A DNA stretch of 64,000 nucleotides from Candidatus Hecatella orcuttiae (GCA_002011035.2 MTLY02000001.1:320001-384000), one strand, 5' to 3'. Numbered from the stretch's first letter, positions 1 through 9,804 are shown. Numbers and translations: made by a program. The notes: generated by a model from the letters alone, not told the origin.

Positions 1-1
1 G

Positions 2-514
2 GTAGAGGATATCCTAGCCCATGGGGGAGCCCCTGTAACGTCGAGGGTTGGACACTCCTACATTCAAGAAGCTTTTCTTCGGGAGGAGGCCGCTCTGGCC
101 GGGGAGGTCAGCGGCCATTATTATTTCGGCCGAGAATATTACGGCTACGACGACGGAATCTACGCTGCCCTCCGGATGGCTGAAATTCTCTCCAAGTCTC
201 CTGTGAAGTTCTCCCAGCTGGTGGATGGGCTACCTCGTTACGTTTCCTCCTCAGAGATACGTATCCCCTGCTCTGACTCCATAAAGTTTAAAGTCGTCAA
301 CAGACTTCGGGAAAAGTTTCAAGGGGAAGGTTACCGAACGGTGACCATCGACGGGGTGAAGGTGGAGCTGGAAGACGGCTGGGGAGCTGTGAGAGCCTCT
401 AACACCGAGCCGGTTCTGGTCTTCCGGTTTGAAGCCTCAACCTCAGAGAAGCTGGAGGAAATCCGCCGGTGGATGGTGGAGGAAGCAAAGAAGATGGCGA
501 CGTCTCTAACCTAG
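2..514 (+). CDS. Phosphomannomutase/phosphoglucomutase, C-terminal part (5' end outside window)
   Basis: Frame open from nt 2: RVGHSY, GEVSGH sugar-binding loop, DDGIYA, and C-terminal VRASNTEP motif. Confidence 0.9.
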   Translation, partial: VEDILAHGGAPVTSRVGHSYIQEAFLREEAALAGEVSGHYYFGREYYGYDDGIYAALRMAEILSKSPVKFSQLVDGLPRYVSSSEIRIPCSDSIKFKVVNRLREKFQGEGYRTVTIDGVKVELEDGWGAVRASNTEPVLVFRFEASTSEKLEEIRRWMVEEAKKMATSLT

Positions 515-611
515 CCGGAGGCAATGCCCTCCTCCAGCAACCTGATGCCGGGAACTGGAGCTTTCGCCTCAAGCGACTTCCACTTAAATATCTCCGTAGT
601 GTAAAAGAGGG

Positions 612-1193
612 TTGGGAAGGGTCTTGGGTGAAAATGAAGAGGTGGAGAAGCTTCGGCGGAGCCGAAGCAGAGTGGAGAAACGTATCACCCGCCTAAAAGC
701 TGAACTGGACCATCTGACTCATATTCTCTCCGTCATCGACAAGCATCTTGCCGAAAGAGAGAAAGCGGAGGCTAAGCCGCCTGAAGCCAAGCCTGCGGCT
801 CCGGAGGAGAAGGTTACTCCGAAGCCTCCACCGGTTTCAGTCCAAGCGATTCCCTTGGTGGCTGCCTCAGGGGTTACTCTTGGAACCCTATACTTAGGTG
901 AAAACGAGATTAGGGTGATTCCTTCTAGGGACTTAGAATTTAACGTCAATACTCCCCCTTTCAACCAGTTTCTCATAACCAAAGTGCTGGCGGGGATGGT
1001 GACTAAGGATAGGGAAGAAGCCGTGGCAGGAGCCATAACCCCGGATGAAATCTTAACCTACCGGGTGATGCGGGAGGGGGACATTCTGAAGGAGCTGGTA
1101 ATCAGAAACTACAGGGAAGAGAAGAGAGCCGTCACCCTCAAAAACTCCATCCGATGGACCTTAGAGAAAATGTACGAGAAGATGAAAACCTAG
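612..1193 (+). CDS. Hypothetical protein with N-terminal coiled coil and Pro/Ala linker
   Basis: 193-aa ORF, co-oriented with neighbours, ends TAG. Confidence 0.7.
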   Translation: MGRVLGENEEVEKLRRSRSRVEKRITRLKAELDHLTHILSVIDKHLAEREKAEAKPPEAKPAAPEEKVTPKPPPVSVQAIPLVAASGVTLGTLYLGENEIRVIPSRDLEFNVNTPPFNQFLITKVLAGMVTKDREEAVAGAITPDEILTYRVMREGDILKELVIRNYREEKRAVTLKNSIRWTLEKMYEKMKT

Positions 1194-1232
1194 CGGAAGG
1201 CTAAAATATTCTAGGCTGCAATAAAACCTTCG

Positions 1233-1892
1233 GTGCTGAAAATGCTGGAATATAAAGGCTTGAAGATAAGCTGGCTGGGCCACGCAGGCTTCAAGATAAC
1301 CGACGGTAAAACCATCTACATCGACCCCTACCAGATTAAAGGCGAAGGGGAAGCTGACTTGCTTCTGATCACCCATGAACACTTTGACCACCTGAGCCTC
1401 GAGGACATCAAAAAAATTGCTTCAGAAAAAACCGTGGTGATCACCACGCCTATGGCTGAACCTCAACTGGCTAAGCTGAAGGTTAAAGAGGTGAAAACTG
1501 TAAAGCCGGGGGATAGAGTTGACGTGGAAGGCGTCACCGTCGAGGCTGTACCCGCCTACAACTTGGACAAGTTTCGCTCACCAGGCCGAGTTTTCCACCC
1601 CAAAGAAGATGGGAAAGTAGGCTTTGTGCTCACCTTCCAAGGGGCGAAAATCTACCACGCAGGAGACACGGACGCTGTGCCGGAAATGAAAGACATCCAG
1701 CCCGATATCGCCTTGCTCCCCGTAAGCGGAACCTATGTCATGACGGCTGTAGAGGCCGCTGAGGCTGTGAAGCTCCTGAAGCCTAAGCTGGCTGTGCCCA
1801 TGCACTACGGAAGCATCGTCGGAGACGAGGAAGACGCTAAAAAGTTTAAAGAAACAGCCTCCTGCGACGTGCAGATCCTGAGTAAGGAGTAG
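1233..1892 (+). CDS. MBL-fold metallo-hydrolase (UPF0173-like)
   Basis: WLGHA, IDPY, THEHFDH, YHAGDT, PMHY motifs. Confidence 0.9.
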   Translation: MLKMLEYKGLKISWLGHAGFKITDGKTIYIDPYQIKGEGEADLLLITHEHFDHLSLEDIKKIASEKTVVITTPMAEPQLAKLKVKEVKTVKPGDRVDVEGVTVEAVPAYNLDKFRSPGRVFHPKEDGKVGFVLTFQGAKIYHAGDTDAVPEMKDIQPDIALLPVSGTYVMTAVEAAEAVKLLKPKLAVPMHYGSIVGDEEDAKKFKETASCDVQILSKE

Positions 1893-1968
1893 GCTTCCCT
1901 CCCTTTTTACTCCCTGAGGAAACAGCAGCCTCGTCCACCACCCCATTCAGCCTCATGGAGGCGACAGA

Positions 1969-2085
1969 GTGGAGGAAGAAAACCGCCTGATGAAAGAACA
2001 TGAGAAAAGGAGAAAGTCGAAAAGGAAAAGAAGAGGACCCTACCGGAAAGCTTTCTTGGGCGGGAAACAGCGGAAAATCGAATAA
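1969..2085 (+). CDS. Small basic protein (38 aa), not in ORF track
   Basis: GGAGG at 1957-1961, GTG start, MEEENRLMKEHEKRRKSKRKRRGPYRKAFLGGKQRKIE-TAA. Confidence 0.55.
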   Translation: MEEENRLMKEHEKRRKSKRKRRGPYRKAFLGGKQRKIE

Positions 2086-2142
2086 GCATACACATGAATA
2101 TGGAGGAGAGAACACTAGACCCCGGGCCAGATTACGTCTTTT

Positions 2143-2835
2143 TTAAACGGACTCTTCAAGGTCGAAAAGCCCCTTAAACAGGGGTTCCGCCTTCGTTTCC
2201 GCGGAGGTGCTTCCCTCACCTTCCTGTTTTTCTTTCCACGGCTCCTTCACGTAAAGGTACATGAAGACCGTTCCGAAGACTATGAGCAAAGCTCCTACTA
2301 GGAAGGTGATCCTGAAACCTGCCTGCTGAGCTAGGAAACCTCCGAAGGCCGGCCCTACAATCCAGCCCATATACCACACTCGCTCATAGATGCCCATGGC
2401 CCAGCCACGCTGCCTCGCGGGGGCTATGTCGGCGATGTAGGCGGGCACGGTGACGCCTAAGGCCGCCCAAGTGGCGCCTTCGAGGGCTTGGATGGGGAAC
2501 ACGGCTATGAAACTCCCCGCCGTAGCGTAGAGGGAGAAGGCGGCCATGAAGCCGACCATGGACAAAAGCATAATCGGCCTTCTCCCCACCCGGTCTGAAA
2601 GCCTGCCGAGCATAGGGGCGGCTAGTGCTCCTGCAAGGGCGCCGGTCATGAATATGAGGCCTATGTGAAATCTTGAAGCCCCCAAGTCGTCTACAATGTA
2701 GAGGGCGAGGATGGAGTAAACCATCCCTGAGCAGATCATGAGAGGCAGGATGGAGATGCACAGTAGGTACAGTTTTCTTTTTCTCCAACCCGTTGAGGCG
2801 GAGTCTTCTGAAAAACCGAAGATCTTCCCAGCCAT
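2143..2835 (-). CDS. MFS transporter, single 6-TM domain (half size)
   Basis: Motif A GRLSDRVGRR; about 6 hydrophobic segments; only 230 aa. Confidence 0.8.
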   Translation of the reverse strand: MAGKIFGFSEDSASTGWRKRKLYLLCISILPLMICSGMVYSILALYIVDDLGASRFHIGLIFMTGALAGALAAPMLGRLSDRVGRRPIMLLSMVGFMAAFSLYATAGSFIAVFPIQALEGATWAALGVTVPAYIADIAPARQRGWAMGIYERVWYMGWIVGPAFGGFLAQQAGFRITFLVGALLIVFGTVFMYLYVKEPWKEKQEGEGSTSAETKAEPLFKGLFDLEESV

Positions 2836-3003
2836 AAGAAACCCTCCTATAAAGGAAAGCGAACTACCTATTTATGCTGTGCAACACCGATTTCAACGTA
2901 TGGATTTATCTGAAAGCTTAGGCGGAGGAAGACCGCAGCAGATGTAGTAGTTTATATATTTTTTTGCCATTGGTTTTATCCATCGGAATAAGGGGGAGAT
3001 GCT

Positions 3004-4074
3004 GTGAAACTTTTCACCGTGGGACCCGTAGCCTGCTATCCTGAGGTTCTGGAAGAAATGAAACGCCAAATGTTCAGTCATAGAAGTAAAGAGTATAGGG
3101 AGCTTCACAGGGATACAGTGGAAAAAATGCAGCGTTTCCTTGAAACGAAAAACCAAGTATTCCTAGTGCCCAGTTCAGGGACGGGGATCATGGAGGGTTC
3201 GGTGCGAAACTGCGTGGAAAAAAAGATGCTGTGCTGTGTCAATGGCTCCTTCGGCGAACGCTACGTGGAGGTCGGGGAATCTAACGGAAAAATCGTCGAA
3301 AAACTTGAGCCTAAGCTTGGAAGCCCTATTACCCCTGAGCTTTTAGAGGAAAAGCTTTCTTCATGCCCGGATGTGGAAGCCGTCACCATCACCCACAACG
3401 AAACTAGTGTGGGGCTGATAAACCCGTTGAAAGACCTAGCCCGGGTGGTTAAGAAACATGGAAAACTCCTGTTCGTCGACGCGGTGAGCGCCATGGGTGG
3501 AACGGAGATCAGAGTGGACGAGTGGAAAATCGACGTTTGCTTTGCAAGCTCCCAGAAATGCTTCGGCCTCCCCCCAGGGTTGGCGGTGGGAAGCGTAAGC
3601 GAAGAAGCCTTAGAGAGGTCTGAGAAAGCCAAGAATAAGGGATGGTACTTTGACTTCAAACTCCTAGAGAAATATCAGAAAACCCAGTGGAGCACACCTA
3701 TGACTCCGGCGATCCCCCAAATATTTGCCCTGAAAAAGATGTTAGAGATGATCGAGGAGAGGGGAGGCAAGCAAGCGCATTTTCAGCTCTACAGGAAGAG
3801 AAGTGAAAAAATAATGAAGGGCGTGAAAGAGCTGAACTTGACCCTATTTCCGGAGAGGGGATATGAGAGCCCCACGGTTACATGTGTAAACGCTCCTCCA
3901 GGAGTCAGCGGTTTAGAGATCTACGAGAAGATGAGGGGGAAAGGTTTCGAGTTGGCTAAAGGTTATGGAGACATCAAGGAGAAAACCTTCCGAATCGGGA
4001 ACATGGGCTACATCTCCTTTGAAGACATAGACTCCATGCTTCAAGCACTGGAAGAGGTTTTGAAAAAACCCTGA
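3004..4074 (+). CDS. Class V PLP aminotransferase (serine-pyruvate/alanine-glyoxylate type)
   Basis: HNETS, VDAVS, SSQK PLP-lysine, FRIGNMG. Confidence 0.9.
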   Translation: MKLFTVGPVACYPEVLEEMKRQMFSHRSKEYRELHRDTVEKMQRFLETKNQVFLVPSSGTGIMEGSVRNCVEKKMLCCVNGSFGERYVEVGESNGKIVEKLEPKLGSPITPELLEEKLSSCPDVEAVTITHNETSVGLINPLKDLARVVKKHGKLLFVDAVSAMGGTEIRVDEWKIDVCFASSQKCFGLPPGLAVGSVSEEALERSEKAKNKGWYFDFKLLEKYQKTQWSTPMTPAIPQIFALKKMLEMIEERGGKQAHFQLYRKRSEKIMKGVKELNLTLFPERGYESPTVTCVNAPPGVSGLEIYEKMRGKGFELAKGYGDIKEKTFRIGNMGYISFEDIDSMLQALEEVLKKP

Positions 4075-4129
4075 AAAGGGGAAAGCTTTCTTTAAATATG
4101 AGGATCCGTCTATCTAGGTGTGAGCGGTC

Positions 4130-4681
4130 ATGAGCGAAGTTTTAAACACCATCAAAAATAGGAGAAGCGTCAGGAAATTTCTGACCACCCCCATAGAAGA
4201 AGATAAAGTTGAAGCCATCCTTACAGCTGGCCAGTGGGCGCCTTCCTTCGTAAATCTCCAACCTTGGAAATTCATCGTCGTCCGAGACCCTGAGACAAAG
4301 AAGAAGCTGGCTGAGATTTTGAAGATGCCCATGGTGGGGATTATCTATCGGGGGGAGATAGCCTACGATCAGCTTCCCCACGTTCCAGTTATCATCGTTG
4401 TTGTCGTCGACCCGAACAAAGACAAGCTTCACTATGTAGAGGATGGCGCTGTGGCTACTCAGAACATGGCCTTAGCCGCCCACAGCCTTGGACTTGGCAC
4501 CTATTGGATAGGCGTTTACAACCACACCTACATTGAAGATGAAATAAAGAAGGCTTTGGAAATTCCTGTCGACTGTAGGGTTATCTCGCTGATGCCCGTG
4601 GGAGTAGCTGCGGAGACTCCCCAAAAGGATAGGGAAAGCCTCGGAAACATTGTCTACTATGATAAATTCGGAAAACGCTGA
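4130..4681 (+). CDS. Nitroreductase family protein
   Basis: RRSVRKF, APS..NLQPW, QNMALAAHSLGLGT. Confidence 0.9.
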   Translation: MSEVLNTIKNRRSVRKFLTTPIEEDKVEAILTAGQWAPSFVNLQPWKFIVVRDPETKKKLAEILKMPMVGIIYRGEIAYDQLPHVPVIIVVVVDPNKDKLHYVEDGAVATQNMALAAHSLGLGTYWIGVYNHTYIEDEIKKALEIPVDCRVISLMPVGVAAETPQKDRESLGNIVYYDKFGKR

Positions 4682-4820
4682 ATTCAATTCAGAACTCTAA
4701 CTCATCTCTTTTTTAATTAATTCTTTAAAATGAGCTCTTCGCTTATTGGCAGGGTTCTGACATTAGTCCTAGGTTTTGGAGGGGGAAACTCTCCCCTTCC
4801 CCGGTTTCAAAGGGATGGCT

Positions 4821-4895
4821 TGTGGCCCGAATAACTAACACTCAGCATCACCGTTGAGCAGACGCTCATCTCAGCTGAGCTCTCTCGTATCGGGC
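4821..4895 (-). ncRNA. Box H/ACA guide sRNA (probable 23S rRNA helix 69 target)
   Basis: GCCCGA/UCGGGC lower stem followed by C-ACA; K-turn CUCAGC-U-GA / GGU-GA-U-GCUGAG with apical UGAGC/GCUCA stem; pocket strands GAGAGAG and UAGUUAU. Confidence 0.75.
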
Positions 4896-5061
4896 TTTTC
4901 CGCCAAACCCTTTGCCGCCACCGCCCTGTCCCGCCGCTGGGTTTTCTCCGTCTTCATTGTAAGCGCCCGGCTGGACGCTTCCTAGGTTGGATCCGTGTCA
5001 GCGGTTTTTCGGACGGTGGTTTCGGTTTCCTTGAGGCTAATGAAACTCTCGCGTTGGCGGC

Positions 5062-6735
5062 TTATATTTTTCCCTCTGGAAACAGTTGGGATAGGTTGAT
5101 CTCCAAAGCGACCACAGGGTTTGGTAAGCTGAAGTTTTCCAGTACTTGAGGGTGGATCTCGCCTAAGACGGCAAAGTCTTCTTTTCCATCGAGCCTTAAG
5201 CCCGCGGCTCTACCGGGGATAAAGCTGGGATGATTTAGTCTTCTTATCTCCCAGTTTTCCACTTTTACCAGCCTCAGGAATTCGAAGGCTAAGGCTTGGA
5301 TCTCCTCATAGCTGACTTTGTAGTTGCAAACAGCTGCAGCCAGTTTCCACTCTTCTTTGACGCTGTTATCGGTTTGGGGGTCAGGTTTTACGGTAGTCCC
5401 CAGCTCAAAGACCCTTTGAGGATAGTCCACATGGGTGTTGTGGGAAAGAAACTCCATCAAGCTTGGCAGCAGCCATAAGCGGAGTTGGGAAAATTCCGCG
5501 GTCATGGGGTTGGCCAACTCCACCAGTTCCCCCTCTTCAAGCCCCATCTTGGTAAGCTGGTTTTCTCTGCTTGTCAGAAGATAGCTGGCGACCTCTTGGA
5601 AGCCGAAGCCCACCATGAGGTCCCGGAGCTTTCTGGCTGCCACCGACCGGGGAAGCTCCCTGCCTAGAGTGGATGTGGGGGGAAGCTGAGGCCCCACCCG
5701 GTGGTAGCCGTAGCCTATGATAATGTCCTCAACGATGTCGATGGGGTGGAGAACGTCGCAGCGGTAAGGTGGGATAAGAACTTCCATTTCCCCTTTTCCC
5801 GTCGCCTTGGCTCCCAGCCTCATCCTCTCCGCCAGCCTACAAGCTTCCCGAAGGCTCAGGTTTAATCCTGAAACCTCGTTTACATAGGCTAGACTCAGCC
5901 GGAGCTTCGCAGCCTCAAGGCGGGGAGTCCTAATTCTCCGCCTCGGATAGTTCACCTGAACTCTCTCAATCCGGCCGCCTCTCTCCCAAAGGCTGGCGGC
6001 CAGAATGTTTACAGCCTTCTCAGCCACCTGCGGGCTTGTGCTTGTGGTGTCGATGAAGAGGTTTCGGGTCGAGGGCGTAACCTTAGTCTCTTCGCTGTTA
6101 ACGATAGGAGGCATGGAAAGCACTTGGCCTTCCGAGTCCACCAGCAGGGGGAAACGGGTTAAACCCTCCAAGAGGTGAGCGTACTCTAAACCTTGAGGAG
6201 TTTGGCTTAGAATCTCGCGGGCTGTGAGTGGCTGAGCGCCTTCTAAGGGGGTAAACTTTATCTTCTGAGGCTCAAGAGCCGTGTAGGTTATGGGCGGTTT
6301 CACCTTGTCTAGATCGTAGACTCCGATGGAGGCTTTTCTCCTTCGACGGCAGAGGTTTTCGTCGAGTTTATCCTGCAGTCTCATCAGCTGAGCTATGGTA
6401 CTGTCAGTCATCCGGAGGCCCCGCACCACAGCGCAGGCTATGTAGGGGCGAATCTTTTTAACAGAGTCTGAAACCTTCACCGAAACCCCGCTGGGCTTGG
6501 CGGAGTAGGGCCTGTAGCCTGTTTGAATTCCTAGGAAACCCTTGAGGGCGCGGGCGATGCCTTCGGCGGAAAGCATGTCCGGCCTGTCGGCGTTAACCTC
6601 CACCGTGAATTCCTCGCCTTCCATGTTCTTGACTTCGCATTTGATCCGAGGCAACCACTCTTCCAGTTCGGAGCGGGAGAGTTTTCTTCCCAGAAGCCGG
6701 TAGAAGTCCTTTTTTTCCAAAGTAACCGTGGGCAT
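5062..6735 (-). CDS. pheT: Phenylalanine--tRNA ligase beta subunit
   Basis: NADRPDMLSAEGIAR, YRCDVLHPIDIVED, archaeal-size 557 aa, next to pheS. Confidence 0.95.
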   Translation of the reverse strand: MPTVTLEKKDFYRLLGRKLSRSELEEWLPRIKCEVKNMEGEEFTVEVNADRPDMLSAEGIARALKGFLGIQTGYRPYSAKPSGVSVKVSDSVKKIRPYIACAVVRGLRMTDSTIAQLMRLQDKLDENLCRRRRKASIGVYDLDKVKPPITYTALEPQKIKFTPLEGAQPLTAREILSQTPQGLEYAHLLEGLTRFPLLVDSEGQVLSMPPIVNSEETKVTPSTRNLFIDTTSTSPQVAEKAVNILAASLWERGGRIERVQVNYPRRRIRTPRLEAAKLRLSLAYVNEVSGLNLSLREACRLAERMRLGAKATGKGEMEVLIPPYRCDVLHPIDIVEDIIIGYGYHRVGPQLPPTSTLGRELPRSVAARKLRDLMVGFGFQEVASYLLTSRENQLTKMGLEEGELVELANPMTAEFSQLRLWLLPSLMEFLSHNTHVDYPQRVFELGTTVKPDPQTDNSVKEEWKLAAAVCNYKVSYEEIQALAFEFLRLVKVENWEIRRLNHPSFIPGRAAGLRLDGKEDFAVLGEIHPQVLENFSLPNPVVALEINLSQLFPEGKI

Positions 6736-8244
6736 TTAGAGGGTCCTCTCCCGGAGGAACTCTAACCTTCTAGAGTGAAGCTCTCGGATGTCGTCGATGC
6801 CCAGTTTAGCCATGGCCAGTCTGCCGATGCCTATCCCCCAAGCCAGCACAGGGTATTTGGCTCCCAAAGGCTTAGCCACCTCAGGCCTGAACAGCCCAGC
6901 TCCCGCTGCTTCCACCCAGCCTAGCTTGGGGTGGTAGACGAAAGCCTCCACGCTGGGCTCGGTGAAGGGAAAGTAGCCGGGTTTGAAGCTGAGTTTTCCC
7001 AGCCCTAGGGCTTTTCCGATCTCCTCTAAGAATCCGAGGAGATGGCGGAAGGTAAGCCCGCGGTCCATGACGATGCCGTCGCATTGGTGGAACTCCATGG
7101 CATGCCGGGCGTCGAGGACGTCGGGTCTGAAGACTTGGGAAAGACAGAACATCTTCACAGGCGGCTTGGTGTGCTGGGCGAGAAACCTGACTGAAACTGC
7201 TGTGGTCTGAGTTCGGAGGATCAGCCTCTTAGCCACCTCTGGATTCCACTTGTACCGCCATCCTGTAGACCCTGTGACCCAGCCATTCTCATGAACCTTC
7301 TTAATCCTTCGGACAAGCTTTTCATTTCCTAGACTGCCACGGCTGGGCTTCTTCAACTGGTAGCTGTCGTGGATCTCCCGAGCTGGGTGGTCTTGAGGCT
7401 GAAAGAGAACGTCGAAATTCCAGAACTCCGTCTCCACACAGGGGCCCTCCGCCTCCTCAAAGCCCATGGAAAGCAGGATTCTTTTCACTTCTTCAAGAAA
7501 TTCCATGTAGAAATGCTTCCGGCCGGGGTAGACCTTGGGCGGGGAGGCTGCGATGTCGTATTCCCGAAACTTAACCTCCCTCCACCGGCCTGAGGTTATC
7601 AGCTCCCCGGTGAGGAGGGTTGTTTCCTCCGCCGCCGGCTTAGGCTCGAGGCTAAGCTGCCTTATGCCCTCCTCTGTCAGTTGGATTTCCCTCAGAACAG
7701 AGGTACGTTCCTCCACAAGCTTTCTCCTTTTCAGCTCCGCCGCCGCCTTCAGCTGCCTTGGGTCCAGCCGTTCTGACCGTAGCTCACCTTCCAGTTTCAG
7801 CTGCCTAAGAAAACGTTCGTCTTCTCCTTCTGGGGGAGGGACGGGGACGTGAAGCTCGATTTCCTCGTCTTTTCGGCTTATATGGCCCCAGCCTTTTCGA
7901 ACCAGCCATCCTGAGGCTATGCTGACGGCTGAACTGGGGACTCCTGCCTTTTCCATGGCTTCCTCCAAAAGAGCCCGGCCGCCGAGGGAGACCACGGTTT
8001 CCGCCAGCCTTCTTTCTGGCAGCCTGTTTTCCGCGTAGAGGCTTCCTTCCGGTGTGAGGGTGAAAACTTGCTGCTTTCTTTCGAAGGTTTGAGCCCATCC
8101 CTTTTCTACCAGCGTCAGGACGGCTCTCATGACGGAGGAATGGCTTAGGCCAGTGGCTTTGACGAGGGCTTCAACAGAGGCTTTACCCTCCTCCCTTCTC
8201 AACGCCTTCAGGACTTCGTAGACTGTTTCCTCCATCGACGGCAA
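6736..8244 (-). CDS. pheS: Phenylalanine--tRNA ligase alpha subunit
   Basis: FWNFDVLFQPQDHPAR, LRTQTT, FPFTEPS, GIGRLAM. Confidence 0.95.
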   Translation of the reverse strand: MPSMEETVYEVLKALRREEGKASVEALVKATGLSHSSVMRAVLTLVEKGWAQTFERKQQVFTLTPEGSLYAENRLPERRLAETVVSLGGRALLEEAMEKAGVPSSAVSIASGWLVRKGWGHISRKDEEIELHVPVPPPEGEDERFLRQLKLEGELRSERLDPRQLKAAAELKRRKLVEERTSVLREIQLTEEGIRQLSLEPKPAAEETTLLTGELITSGRWREVKFREYDIAASPPKVYPGRKHFYMEFLEEVKRILLSMGFEEAEGPCVETEFWNFDVLFQPQDHPAREIHDSYQLKKPSRGSLGNEKLVRRIKKVHENGWVTGSTGWRYKWNPEVAKRLILRTQTTAVSVRFLAQHTKPPVKMFCLSQVFRPDVLDARHAMEFHQCDGIVMDRGLTFRHLLGFLEEIGKALGLGKLSFKPGYFPFTEPSVEAFVYHPKLGWVEAAGAGLFRPEVAKPLGAKYPVLAWGIGIGRLAMAKLGIDDIRELHSRRLEFLRERTL

Positions 8245-8308
8245 GGGCTTCCCCCAGAAGCTTCGGACAATTCTTTACCTCGCAGGTTTCAAAAAGATTT
8301 CCTCTGGC

Positions 8309-8719
8309 TTAAGGCTGGGAGACTGGCTTCCTCACCCTGCTTCGAGGCTTTTGGAAGGCGGGCTCGCTGATTACCTTGGCTTCCACCATCTTGAGGACGG
8401 AACGGACACTGGCCTCTCCCTTAAGTTTGCCTAAGCCTCCAACGGAACGAGTCCACCTTAGCTTGGTGGAGCTGCTTTTGGAGTTGTAAACCACGCCCAC
8501 CACGTTTTCAGCCTTCGTAAACTGGATTTCCCCTATTTTTTTGAGGCTAACTTTGTCCTCCGCCTCCACGTAGATCAGGCCTTTTTCAGCCAGCCGCTCG
8601 GGGTAAACGGTTTCATCCCTCAGATACTCTGGAGGGATGAAAGAATAGCAACAGCTTAGGATTACAAACTTCCTGAAAGCCTCCAGCGGGCATGAGGTTT
8701 CAATGGATACCGACCTCTC
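8309..8719 (-). CDS. Hypothetical protein; true start uncertain, frame is open upstream of the called GTG (8569) to a TAG at 8722-8720
   Basis: 50 extra protein-like codons (ERSVSIETSCPLEAFRKFVILSCCYSFIPPEYLRDE...) with no ATG/GTG/TTG. Confidence 0.6.
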   Translation of the reverse strand, partial: ERSVSIETSCPLEAFRKFVILSCCYSFIPPEYLRDETVYPERLAEKGLIYVEAEDKVSLKKIGEIQFTKAENVVGVVYNSKSSSTKLRWTRSVGGLGKLKGEASVRSVLKMVEAKVISEPAFQKPRSRVRKPVSQP

Positions 8720-8787
8720 CTACCTCCTAACTGAACTCGCCTGAAACCCGGAAGCCAATCTATCATCTTTTTCAAAAGATTAAAACG

Positions 8788-9804
8788 TTATTCTTTGGGA
8801 AGGGAAGCAGCCTTCAAAGCCCGGGAAACAGCCTCATCCAGTTCCCTCTCGGAAGCCACCCCGACCATGCAGGCGGCCACCTTCGGGATGCTGTAAACGT
8901 AGCGGAAGGCGGTTTCAGGCGGTATCCTCCCTCCTCCCAGAGGTTTGATGGCGATAACCGGTCTGCTCGCCGCCTTCAGGGCCTCCACGGCCGCTTCCTG
9001 GGTGGGGAACATCATGATCCCCCGCCTGTTCACGGGAGTGACGTAGCCCTCAAAACGGATTCCCGCCTTTTCTAAAACAGGCACCGTCAAGCCTGCGTGA
9101 TGGATTCCTAAGAGCGTTGCGCAGCCAAGTCTATCCTGTAGCCGGCTGACGACTTCCCCCAGCAGGTCCAGCCTATCTGTGAGGGTGAGGAAATCGGTTT
9201 CAGAACCGGGTTCAGTGAACAGAAGCCTAAAGCCTTGAAGGCTTGAGGCAGCCTCGTCCAGTTTTTTAAAGTCGATTTTCATGTTTTCAATTTCTCTTCT
9301 TTCATAAGGCCTGCCGTGGAGGAGGGTGTAGCGGAATTTTTCTTCCCAGTTTTCCCTGCAGAGCAGCACCGGGTCTTCCATGTATTTCTTTAAAACTTCA
9401 CCGCTCACCTTCTTTTCAGCTTGGTAGTAGGTGAGCCATCTTCTGTAGTCGTCCACGGGTTTCCCTCCCACCACCAAGGGTATTCTGAAGCAGGCTATCA
9501 GGGCCAGTTCCACTGAGGTTCGCTGCTCGGTTTTCCTCACAGCCTCCAGAAACAGGGAAGCCAGCCGGCCTTCGCTTGGCTGAGCTCCGATGACGGCGAC
9601 CCCATAGTGGGCAACCGCTCTACTTAGAATTTTCACGGTGTTTTCCACGTTGGAGAAGCGGGAAGCCAACTCGCGGTTCTTTTCAGGGCCTTGGTAGGAT
9701 TCTCCGACGAAAGGGAGATGACCGAGGATCAGCCGGGGGACGGGGATTCCGCCTATCTTCACCAGGGGCAGGGAGGCGGCTTCCAGATAGTCTCTCATGC
9801 TCAC
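8788..9804 (-). CDS. Hypothetical protein, aldo/keto-reductase-like TIM barrel
   Basis: N-terminal 'PRLILG', C-terminal 'IAIKPLGGGRI' and 'VGVASERE' pattern. Confidence 0.6.
   Translation of the reverse strand: MSMRDYLEAASLPLVKIGGIPVPRLILGHLPFVGESYQGPEKNRELASRFSNVENTVKILSRAVAHYGVAVIGAQPSEGRLASLFLEAVRKTEQRTSVELALIACFRIPLVVGGKPVDDYRRWLTYYQAEKKVSGEVLKKYMEDPVLLCRENWEEKFRYTLLHGRPYERREIENMKIDFKKLDEAASSLQGFRLLFTEPGSETDFLTLTDRLDLLGEVVSRLQDRLGCATLLGIHHAGLTVPVLEKAGIRFEGYVTPVNRRGIMMFPTQEAAVEALKAASRPVIAIKPLGGGRIPPETAFRYVYSIPKVAACMVGVASERELDEAVSRALKAASLPKE

Noticed and set aside
1191-1233. In-frame fusion of ORF 612 and the MBL hydrolase by readthrough
   Set aside because: Needs two TAGs across an AT-rich promoter-like spacer; likely coincidence
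4871-5000. Small minus ORF MKTEKTQRR... with upstream in-frame TAG
   Set aside because: Overlaps structured RNA, no convincing SD or protein features
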